NCBI GenBank assembly: GCA_044342325.1
Contig: JBIIPZ010000061.1
Coordinates: 1-13,097 of the forward strand
Direction of reading: 5' to 3'
Length of the DNA: 13,097 bases
Source: Terrimicrobiaceae bacterium
Lineage (GTDB): Bacteria > Verrucomicrobiota > Verrucomicrobiia > Chthoniobacterales > Terrimicrobiaceae
Shown here one piece after another: positions 1 to 6,707 of the stretch. The stretch's first letter is position 1; each line of letters opens with the position of its first letter. The position numbers and the translations under genes were made by a program. The notes beneath the pieces were generated by a model that ran no database searches, was not told the origin of the DNA, and worked only from the letters and a program-made list of their open reading frames with translations.

Positions 1-93
1 CACAACCGTCTCGGCCGCGCCCTCTATGGCAAACTCAAGGTTTACGCCGGCGCTGAGCACCCGCACACCGCACAGAACCCACAAGCAGCCTGA
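1..93 (+). CDS. rplM: 50S ribosomal protein L13, C-terminal part (truncated by window start)
   Basis: Manual frame-1 translation [37 protein letters not shown]-x-EHPH-x-AQ-x-P is the L13 C-terminal signature. It lies 8 nt upstream of rpsI, the conserved rplM-rpsI order. Confidence 0.96.
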   Translation, partial: HNRLGRALYGKLKVYAGAEHPHTAQNPQAA

Positions 94-101
94 TTTTTCG
101 T

Positions 102-497
102 ATGAGCAAAGCAGAACCCATCCAAACTACAGGCCGCCGCAAGACCTCCGTGGCAAGCATCCGTCTCCAGCCCGGCTCCGGAGCGATCAAAGTCAACGGC
201 CGTGACTTCACCGACTACTTCCCAAGCCTCTCGGTTCAAAACCAGATTCTCCGCCCGCTGGAAATCGCCAACGCTGTCCACACCTACGACCTCACCGTCA
301 AGACCGTCGGCGGCGGCGTCAACGGCCAAGCCGGCGCCCTGCGCCTCGCCATCAGCCGCGCGCTCATCGAGATCGATGAGGCCCTGCGCATCCCGCTCAA
401 ACAGGAAGGCCTCCTCACACGCGACCCTCGCATGAAGGAACGCAAAAAGCCCGGCCAGCCCGGCGCCCGCAAACGCTTCCAGTTCTCGAAGCGTTAA
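102..497 (+). CDS. rpsI: 30S ribosomal protein S9
   Basis: 131 aa with TGRRKTSVA, GGGVNGQAGALRLAISRAL, LLTRDPRMKERKKPG and terminal ARKRFQFSKR, all S9 motifs. Confidence 0.99.
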   Translation: MSKAEPIQTTGRRKTSVASIRLQPGSGAIKVNGRDFTDYFPSLSVQNQILRPLEIANAVHTYDLTVKTVGGGVNGQAGALRLAISRALIEIDEALRIPLKQEGLLTRDPRMKERKKPGQPGARKRFQFSKR

Positions 498-515
498 TCC
501 GCTTTCCCTTCCAAC

Positions 516-549
516 AAAAAAGCCGCCTCGCGAGAGGCGGCTTTTTTTT
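516..549. terminator. Bidirectional intrinsic terminator
   Basis: A6-GCCGCCTC-gcga-GAGGCGGC-T8: perfect 8-bp stem, GNRA loop, T-tracts on both strands, between convergent rpsI and the EpsI-like gene. Confidence 0.93.
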
Positions 550-562
550 CGTCAACGAGTCA

Positions 563-1282
563 CTACGACTCCGGCATGATTTGCGGAGCAAGTTCGGCAA
601 TGGCGGCGTCAACACGGGCACTCGTTTGCTGAAGATTCTTTCCGCCGGGAACAAAGCCCTCGAGCACCGGCGCGTTCACGATGACATAGGCCCAGCGGTG
701 GTTTGTATTGTGCAGTAGCATGTCGAGATTCGTCTTGAGCACTCTCACAAAATGGTGCGGCGTCGTGGCGTGCTTCCCGATGAACCAGTAGCAGAAGATC
801 GATGTCAGATCGCGCTGCACGCCGTTGTTAAGCGTGACTGGCCTGACAACTGCAAGCTTCATGACTTCCAAAACTCTTCCATCGGCCAGCTTCACCGGCA
901 CGACTTCGCCGGATTTAATAGTCCACCCCTGCGCGGGCAGGCAGACCTCAGGACGGTGAATGCTGCGCTTTTCCGCTCCGGCTAAAACGATCTGGCAGTG
1001 AATGTCGCTACCCAGGCCGTCGGAGTAGATTTTTTTTGCGAATTCGGTGTCCGCCGGAAGGATGACCTTCTCCGCCTCGGAGATAGGCTGGTCGCTGCCC
1101 CACAAGCCAACCAATGTGCTAGGCAACTCCATCACGACACCCGGCTCGGATTTTGTCGCCGGTGCAGTGCCCCACAGGCAAGCAACGATAGTGAAGGCGG
1201 CGAGTGCCACAATCACAACGCCGCGCCAGATCGGAATCGAGCCGCTCTCAGCCGACGAAACAGAAGTGGTTGGCGCTTGCAT
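563..1282 (-). CDS. Exosortase-associated EpsI-family (DUF3485-like) protein
   Basis: N-terminal hydrophobic anchor (GVVIVALAAFTIVACLW), then the motif SIHRPEVCLPAQGW and YWF typical of EpsI-family proteins. ATG at 1282 preferred over TTG at 1318, giving 239 aa. Confidence 0.8.
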   Translation of the reverse strand: MQAPTTSVSSAESGSIPIWRGVVIVALAAFTIVACLWGTAPATKSEPGVVMELPSTLVGLWGSDQPISEAEKVILPADTEFAKKIYSDGLGSDIHCQIVLAGAEKRSIHRPEVCLPAQGWTIKSGEVVPVKLADGRVLEVMKLAVVRPVTLNNGVQRDLTSIFCYWFIGKHATTPHHFVRVLKTNLDMLLHNTNHRWAYVIVNAPVLEGFVPGGKNLQQTSARVDAAIAELAPQIMPES

Positions 1283-1289
1283 GCCCGTT

Positions 1290-1318
1290 GCTTTACACCG
1301 AGTGCACCGCTTGGGCAA
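1290..1318 (-). promoter_or_regulatory. Putative sigma70-type promoter of the EpsI-like gene
   Basis: Minus strand TTGCCC-17 nt-TAAAGC, 7 nt before the ATG at 1282. The -10 is imperfect and there is no SD. Confidence 0.35.
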
Positions 1319-1400
1319 CCTGTGAAGTTTTTTTCAGCAAATGGAAAGAAAACGATGAATCCTTGCACGCAACTCGAATTGATAGAAGGATGCCCTCGTT

Positions 1401-1895
1401 ATGGTGACAGGAAATTCCCCCCAATGGTATCTCCGCAAACATGCGGACAGAGAAATTTTTGGCCCGGTGGCTTTTGAGCAAATCCGCGAATGGGCGATGT
1501 CCGCCCAGATTCATCCGCAGGATGCCGTTTCAAATGATGGCCGCACTTGGAACAAGGCGCCGATGCTTGAGGAACTGCACATGGACTGGCTTGTGGAAGT
1601 CCCCGGGCAGCCGCTCTACGGCCCCACCACAGCGGGAACCCTGCTGGAATTCCTGAACATCGGAGAAATCTCGGCAGAAACAAAAATCCTAAATTGCTGC
1701 TCGGGTGAAAAAATGCGGCTGGGAGACGCCTCCTTTTTCCCGAGCCCCACTGCATACGGTGAGGACAGCAACCTGAAGGAAAGCCTCCAAAACCGGATTC
1801 TGGAACTCGAAACAGAGCTCCTGCACAAACAGACAGAACTCAACTTCGCATTGGATAAGATCACCCGTCTGGAGCGGCGCTTGCAGGACTTGTAG
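1401..1895 (+). CDS. Tandem GYF_2 (DUF4339)-like domain protein with C-terminal coiled coil
   Basis: Two repeats of W-x(7-9)-[FY]GP-x4-[IL]-x2-[WF]: WYLRKHADREIFGPVAFEQIREW and WLVEVPGQPLYGPTTAGTLLEF. Leu-heptad tail LKESLQNRILELETELL...LERRLQDL. AAGGA at 1386-1390. Confidence 0.7.
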   Translation: MVTGNSPQWYLRKHADREIFGPVAFEQIREWAMSAQIHPQDAVSNDGRTWNKAPMLEELHMDWLVEVPGQPLYGPTTAGTLLEFLNIGEISAETKILNCCSGEKMRLGDASFFPSPTAYGEDSNLKESLQNRILELETELLHKQTELNFALDKITRLERRLQDL

Positions 1896-1947
1896 TCCAC
1901 CAACGCCTGAGACTCCGGCTCCGCACGGAAATGTGACAGACTGTTCA

Positions 1948-1975
1948 TTGCGCGGACTACTCCCTTTGCTACAGT
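1948..1975 (+). promoter_or_regulatory. Putative sigma70-type promoter of the protease operon
   Basis: TTGCGC (1948-1953), 16 nt, TACAGT (1970-1975) with extended TG. ATG follows 7 nt later and there is no SD. Confidence 0.5.
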
Positions 1976-1982
1976 CGCCGCA

Positions 1983-3428
1983 ATGTCCCGTTTTCCTCTG
2001 ATTGCCCTCGCCTTCCTCTGCTCGGTCGCCGCGCTGAATGCCGTGGAAATTTCGAAAAGCCTCGTCCGGATCGAGGCGACTTCGCAAGAACCGAACTACA
2101 AAACCCCATGGAGCCCCGGGGATGTTTCCTCGGGAGTAGGCGCGGGATTTGTTGTTGATGGCAAACGCATCATGACGAACGCCCATGTCGTAAGTAACGC
2201 GCGCTTCCTCACCGTCTCTAAGGAAGGGGATCCGAACCCGTATCTCGCGAAAGTCCTCCACATCGCCCACGACTGCGACCTCGCCCTACTGAGCGTGGAA
2301 AACCCGGCATTCTTCAAAAGCACCGCCCCTCTGGAATTCGGCGGCATACCAGATATTGAATCCGTCGTGTCCGCCTATGGATACCCGGTCGGCGGCACAC
2401 GCCTGTCCGTGACGCGTGGCATTGTGTCACGCATCGACTTCCAGCCCTACTCGCACTCCGGCATGGATTCCCACCTCGCCATACAGATCGATGCAGCCAT
2501 CAATCCCGGCAACAGCGGTGGACCAGTGATGCAGAATAGCAAGGTCGTAGGCGTCGCATTTCAAGGCTACAGCGGAGATGTCGCACAGAATGTGGGCTAT
2601 ATGATTCCCACACCGGTGATCCAGCGGTTTTTGAAGGATGTGCAGGATGGCCACTACGACCACTATGTGGATTTGGCCCTGACCTACCGCAACCTCTTCA
2701 ATCCCGCCTCCCGCCGTGCGCTGGGCCTCGAAGATGAGACCACCGGCGTCCAAGTGTGCAGCGTTTACAGCGGAGGCGCAGCCGATGGCATCCTAAAGCC
2801 TGGTGATGTGATTTTGAAAATCGACGGGCACACCGTGTCGAGCGATGGCACCATTCCGCTGGAGAACGAGGCCGTGCCATTGGACGAGGTGGTGGAGAGG
2901 AAATTCAAAGGCGACAAGGTCGAACTCGAAATCCTCCGCAAGGGGAAACCCATGTCTGTCACCGTGCAACTCAATGAACCCTGGCCATTCAAACTCCAAA
3001 GCAACCTCTACGACGAGAAGCCCCGCTTCGTCGTCGCAGGCGGCCTGGTCTTCCAGCCGGTGGATCAGAATTTCATGGATGCGCACGACCCGTCCGACCA
3101 GCGCTTGAACTACATTTTCGACTACTTCATTGCCGATCAATTGCACACCAACCGCCCGGAGATCGTTGTTCTCAGCAACATCCTGCCCGATCCCGTGAAC
3201 GCCTACGCCGAGGAATTCCGCTACTCCGTCGTAGACGAAGTCAACGGCCGCCGCATCAAAAGCATCGAAGACATCGCCTCAGCCTTCGACGAGCAGGCCG
3301 ACTGCTATGTCATCAAATTCGCTGGCGGAGGACGCCCACTTGTCCTGGAGCGCAAAGCCATAGAAGAGGCCCGCCCGCGCATTCGCGAGCGCTACGATGT
3401 CACGGCGGAGAAAAACCTCAAAAAATGA
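1983..3428 (+). CDS. Exported trypsin-like serine protease, HtrA/Deg family (Deg2/Deg9-like, protease plus two PDZ-type domains)
   Basis: Signal peptide MSRFPLIALAFLCSVAALNA. Intact triad: TNAHV (H68), DCDLA (D99), DAAINPGNSGGP (S178). PDZ motif LKPGDVILKIDG and second-PDZ motif GGLVFQP. Confidence 0.93.
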   Translation: MSRFPLIALAFLCSVAALNAVEISKSLVRIEATSQEPNYKTPWSPGDVSSGVGAGFVVDGKRIMTNAHVVSNARFLTVSKEGDPNPYLAKVLHIAHDCDLALLSVENPAFFKSTAPLEFGGIPDIESVVSAYGYPVGGTRLSVTRGIVSRIDFQPYSHSGMDSHLAIQIDAAINPGNSGGPVMQNSKVVGVAFQGYSGDVAQNVGYMIPTPVIQRFLKDVQDGHYDHYVDLALTYRNLFNPASRRALGLEDETTGVQVCSVYSGGAADGILKPGDVILKIDGHTVSSDGTIPLENEAVPLDEVVERKFKGDKVELEILRKGKPMSVTVQLNEPWPFKLQSNLYDEKPRFVVAGGLVFQPVDQNFMDAHDPSDQRLNYIFDYFIADQLHTNRPEIVVLSNILPDPVNAYAEEFRYSVVDEVNGRRIKSIEDIASAFDEQADCYVIKFAGGGRPLVLERKAIEEARPRIRERYDVTAEKNLKK

Positions 3429-4915
3429 AATCCATCCACCTCCAGCGAGCCGCCTGGCTTGCCCTCGTCCTTTTACTGGCCATTCAGTCGGCACCTGCGG
3501 ATGACGATAACTCCGCGTCGGCATCTGCCTCGAAATCCCTGCTACGCGTGAACTCGACGAATCAGGTTTACGAGTTTTTCCAACCATGGATTAAAAAGCC
3601 CCCCTTCAGCAGGCGCGGAATCGGCGCACTGATTGATGGCGGTCGCATTCTGGTCACAGCCGAACTCGTGGCGAACTCGACATTCATCGAGCTTGAAAAA
3701 CCCGCCACAGCCGAAAAATCCACCGCCACTGTGGAGCTCGTCGATTACGACTGTAACCTCGCCGTCCTACGCCCCGCAGATTCCGCCTTCCTCGCCGACA
3801 TGCAACCCCTCACTTTGAACGGGCCCTTGAAGGTCGGCGACGAGGCCACCATCCTCCAACTTGAGCCAAATGGAGACATCGCTCAAACCCTCGGCCGCAT
3901 CACTTCCATCAGCGTCGCCGGTTATCCCTCCGAGTCGGGATCCCTCCTCCTCTTAAAACTCGGAGCACCCATCCAACAAAGGGATGGCAGCTTCACCCTG
4001 CCCGCAGTTCGGGATGGCCGCCTCATCGGCATGGTCATGCGCTACGACGCCCGAAACCAATCTGCAGACATCGTTCCAACCGCTGTGATCCGCCATTTTC
4101 TGGCTGAAGTCGATTCACCAACCTACCAAGGCTTCGCCCGCCTCGGCGTGGCCTTCGCCCCGCTCCGCGATCCGCAACTCCGCCGCTACATCGGCCTCAA
4201 AGAACCAGGAGGCATCTATGTCGCCGATATCACCCCGCGAGGCTCAGCCGATGCCGCAGGGATCAAAAAAGGCGATGTGATCCTGGCGGTGGATGGACTT
4301 CCTCTCGACCAAGACGGCAACTACGAGGACCCGGACTACGGCCGCATCCTCTTCAGCCATCTCACCAACACCATCAAACACCCCGGCGCCGTCCTCCCGC
4401 TCAAAATCCTCCGCGACGGCAAGACACTCGAGATTCCCGTCACCATGCAGGTCGCAAATCGAGACCACGCCATCAGCGAGACCCACCTCTCCGACGAGGC
4501 CCCGAAATATGTCATCTTAGGCGGCCTCGTTTTCATCGAACTCTCGCGCCCCTACCTCAAGGAATGGGGAAGCAAATGGGCATCCACCGCACCGCAGCGC
4601 CTGGTTTACTATGATGCCTTCCAAAACGAACTCCCCGCCGACCGTGGCCGCATCATCATCCTCTCCCAAGTCCTCCCCACCCCCGATACCATCGGCTACG
4701 AAGACCTCGAGAATATCGTCGTCACCAAAGTGAACGGCCAGCCGATCAAAAGCCTCGCCGACTTGTCCGAAGCCGCAAAAAAACCGGTCGATGGATTCCA
4801 TAAAATCGAGTTTGAAGAAGACCCGAAACTCCTCTTTCTCGACGCCAATTCAATTCAATCCAATGCCGACGAACTGAAAAAACATTACTCACTCCCCGCA
4901 TTGGAACGCCTTTGA
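3425..4915 (+). CDS. Exported Deg/HtrA paralogue with degenerate catalytic triad (probable pseudoprotease) and PDZ domains
   Basis: Collinear with the upstream protease (SKSLLRVNST vs SKSLVRIEAT; IKKGDVILAVDG; GGLVFIEL), but has VTAELV for TNAHV, DCNLA for DCDLA and RDGSFTLP for PGNSGGP. It has its own signal peptide and an ATGA overlap with the upstream stop. Confidence 0.88.
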   Translation: MKSIHLQRAAWLALVLLLAIQSAPADDDNSASASASKSLLRVNSTNQVYEFFQPWIKKPPFSRRGIGALIDGGRILVTAELVANSTFIELEKPATAEKSTATVELVDYDCNLAVLRPADSAFLADMQPLTLNGPLKVGDEATILQLEPNGDIAQTLGRITSISVAGYPSESGSLLLLKLGAPIQQRDGSFTLPAVRDGRLIGMVMRYDARNQSADIVPTAVIRHFLAEVDSPTYQGFARLGVAFAPLRDPQLRRYIGLKEPGGIYVADITPRGSADAAGIKKGDVILAVDGLPLDQDGNYEDPDYGRILFSHLTNTIKHPGAVLPLKILRDGKTLEIPVTMQVANRDHAISETHLSDEAPKYVILGGLVFIELSRPYLKEWGSKWASTAPQRLVYYDAFQNELPADRGRIIILSQVLPTPDTIGYEDLENIVVTKVNGQPIKSLADLSEAAKKPVDGFHKIEFEEDPKLLFLDANSIQSNADELKKHYSLPALERL

Positions 4916-4921
4916 TCAACC

Positions 4922-5785
4922 ATGAAAACCGCACTCACCCTACTCCTCCTCGCCGCACTCACCCTGCACGCCGACGAATCGCTGCAGACATTTCCAAGCT
5001 GCACACTCGTGGAGGCAGATTGGGCGGATGGCGACAGCTTCCCGGTTAAGCTTCCCGATGGACGCCAGATTACTGCCCGCCTCTACGGCGCGGACTGCAT
5101 CGAGTGGCATGTGAACGACGAATCCCTCGCCCGCCGCCTCCGCGCCCAGCGGCGCTATTTCGGCATCGCGGACACCGATGCCACCTCATCGATGAAAACC
5201 GCCCGCGATTTCGGAAAGCAAGCCGCCCTCCGCACCCGCGAACTCCTCGCCAAACCCTTCACCGTCCACACCGCATTCGCCGGAGCCCGGGGCAACGGAG
5301 AAAAAGAACGCGCCTACGCCTTTGTCACCACAGCCGAAGGTAAAGACCTCGCAACCATCCTCGTGGAAGATGGGCTGGCACGCGCCTTCGGCGTCACCCG
5401 CCAACTTCCAGACGGCACATCCGGCAACGAATACCGGGACGCACTCGCCGACCTCGAACTCACTGCCGCCGCCGCCAAAAAAGGCATCTGGGCCGTCACC
5501 GACTGGACCCACATTGCAAAAGACCGCGCCGAGGAACGCCGCGAATCCGCCGATCTCCAAACAGTCCTGAAAGACTCCCAATCCACCACCGCCATCAACC
5601 CGAATACCGCCACAGCCGAGGAACTCGAATCCCTCCCCGGTATCGGCAAAAAACTCGCCGAACGCATCATAGAGGCCCGAACCACAAAACCCCTCACCTC
5701 AATCGACGACCTTCTCGCCATCAAAGGCATCACCCCAAAACTCATCGAATCCCTCACGCCAAAAATCCAGTTCACCACCCCATAA
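4922..5785 (+). CDS. Exported thermonuclease (SNase-like) fused to a ComEA-type helix-hairpin-helix DNA-binding domain
   Basis: Signal peptide MKTALTLLLLAALTLHA. SNase motifs DGDSF, RLYGADCIE, RAYAFV, LVEDGLA and KKGIW. C-terminal INPNTATAEELESLPGIGKKLAERII...LLAIKGI is a ComEA HhH pair. Confidence 0.88.
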   Translation: MKTALTLLLLAALTLHADESLQTFPSCTLVEADWADGDSFPVKLPDGRQITARLYGADCIEWHVNDESLARRLRAQRRYFGIADTDATSSMKTARDFGKQAALRTRELLAKPFTVHTAFAGARGNGEKERAYAFVTTAEGKDLATILVEDGLARAFGVTRQLPDGTSGNEYRDALADLELTAAAAKKGIWAVTDWTHIAKDRAEERRESADLQTVLKDSQSTTAINPNTATAEELESLPGIGKKLAERIIEARTTKPLTSIDDLLAIKGITPKLIESLTPKIQFTTP

Positions 5786-5981
5786 CGCCCCGCGTGTCAG
5801 CGCGTATCGTCGATGGGAGGACCATCGTCCCACATGGCCCATATTTCAGCCGCGCAGCGGCGTCTGTCTTCGCGTGGCATCGAAAAAAATCCCCGCACTC
5901 CGTGTCAAAATTTGGGCCATGCCGGAGGATGGCCCTCCAAAATTCACAAATCGTCAACCACCCCATTTTCCTCACGGGCCC

Positions 5982-6009
5982 TTGCGTTTCATCAATGCTG
6001 CCGTAGTCT
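5982..6009 (+). promoter_or_regulatory. Putative sigma70-type promoter of the leader/Cys-rich peptide unit
   Basis: TTGCGT (5982-5987), 16 nt, TAGTCT (6004-6009), 6 nt before GTG 6016. No SD. Confidence 0.5.
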
Positions 6010-6015
6010 GAATTC

Positions 6016-6354
6016 GTGAATTGGCATCTGCGCGCAGGAATGGTTTGTATGGCTCTTATCGCCGTATCGGTGCTGGGCATTGCATTGCCGACCGAGATGC
6101 TTTCGAGTCCAGTCGTGGAGGTCGCGTCCTGTTGCTGCCCCGGGCTTCATTCCCCACCGGCGGCGAGCGCGGCGTCCGCATCCTCCTGTGCGTGCCATGT
6201 CTGCCCGGTTGCGCCCCATTTGCTTGCTGTCGTTGCGATGCAGGATTTCAAGCTCTCGCCGCCGCTGGTCGCGCATTGCTGGACCAACCGCGACGAATCC
6301 GCTCCGGGCTTCTGCCCCGAGCCGGCCACACCACCACCGCGCACGGCAGCCTGA
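6016..6354 (+). CDS. Cys-rich exported leader protein with C-terminal Pro-rich motif (CutF/CruR/DUF2946-like putative arrest peptide)
   Basis: 112 aa: signal/TM segment (MNWHLRAGMVCMALIAVSVLGIA), CCC and CACHVC clusters, about 38-aa linker, terminal PEPATPPPRTAA. Alternative in-frame ATGs at 6040 and 6049. Confidence 0.7.
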   Translation: MNWHLRAGMVCMALIAVSVLGIALPTEMLSSPVVEVASCCCPGLHSPPAASAASASSCACHVCPVAPHLLAVVAMQDFKLSPPLVAHCWTNRDESAPGFCPEPATPPPRTAA

Positions 6355-6418
6355 CTTTGCGCCGGGGCCTGATTCTTTTTCAGGCCGTCACTTCTCAAAA
6401 ATTCCATTCAGAAAGGAA
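6343..6418 (+). promoter_or_regulatory. Putative translational switch: alternative stems and SD of the downstream gene
   Basis: TCAGGCC(GT) 6380-6388 can pair with GGCCTGA 6366-6372 or with ACGG-cag-CCTGA 6343-6354. TTCTTTTT 6373-6380 can pair (2 G-U) with GAAAGGAA 6411-6418, which contains the SD. Confidence 0.5.
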
Positions 6419-6422
6419 AATT

Positions 6423-6578
6423 ATGAAATCATTCATTCTCGCCATCGCTCTGGCCTGCGCCGCAGTGGTTGGTTCTGTTCAAGCCGCCGGGACTTCGTGC
6501 CCGAAATGCTGCAAGGACAAGGACTGCGCCACCTGCTGCAAAGGCAAGTGCTCCGAGTGCAAACAGTGCAATAAGTAA
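6423..6578 (+). CDS. Small exported Cys-rich, metallothionein-like peptide (51 aa)
   Basis: MKSFILAIALACAAVVGSVQA|AGTSCPKCCKDKDCATCCKGKCSECKQCNK. Clear SD (GAAAGGA 6411-6417), Sec signal with VQA cleavage site, 9 Cys in 30 mature residues, downstream terminator. Confidence 0.85.
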   Translation: MKSFILAIALACAAVVGSVQAAGTSCPKCCKDKDCATCCKGKCSECKQCNK

Positions 6579-6603
6579 CGCGCTCGAAATGGCATAAATC
6601 GCC

Positions 6604-6641
6604 AACGCGGCTCTCCGAAAGGGGGGCCGCGTTTATTTTTT
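6604..6641 (+). terminator. Intrinsic terminator
   Basis: AACGCGGCTCTCC-gaaa-GGGGGGCCGCGTT (13 bp including 2 G-U, GNRA loop) followed by TATTTTTT. Confidence 0.88.
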
Positions 6642-6671
6642 GGCCGATGCACAAGATCGCGAGCCGACCAT

Positions 6672-6701
6672 TCGACAAAGAGGCAGGCGTTGCGGTATTG
6701 T
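6672..6701 (+). promoter_or_regulatory. Putative sigma70-type promoter of dnaE
   Basis: TCGACA (6672-6677), 18 nt, TATTGT (6696-6701), 6 nt before ATG 6708. No SD. Confidence 0.5.
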
Positions 6702-6707
6702 CCCGGG

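Noticed and set aside
3415..3430. Possible -1 frameshift fusing the two proteases at CTC AAA AAA TGA
   Set aside because: Not a canonical X XXY YYZ site in frame. The second gene has its own ATG and signal peptide, so a plain ATGA overlap explains the junction.
5794..6019. Short ORFs (68-102 aa) in the nuclease-leader intergenic region
   Set aside because: No motifs, mutually overlapping, and they cover the putative promoter.
6021..6578. 185-aa ORF in the track ending in the Cys-rich peptide
   Set aside because: The first 134 aa are Arg-rich alternative-frame noise overlapping the leader ORF. The SD and signal peptide place the true start at ATG 6423.
6690..6707. TTG start for dnaE given by the track (similarly TTG 1318 for the EpsI-like gene)
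   Set aside because: DnaE homologues begin at M-x-FVHLH, and both extensions coincide with putative promoter elements.
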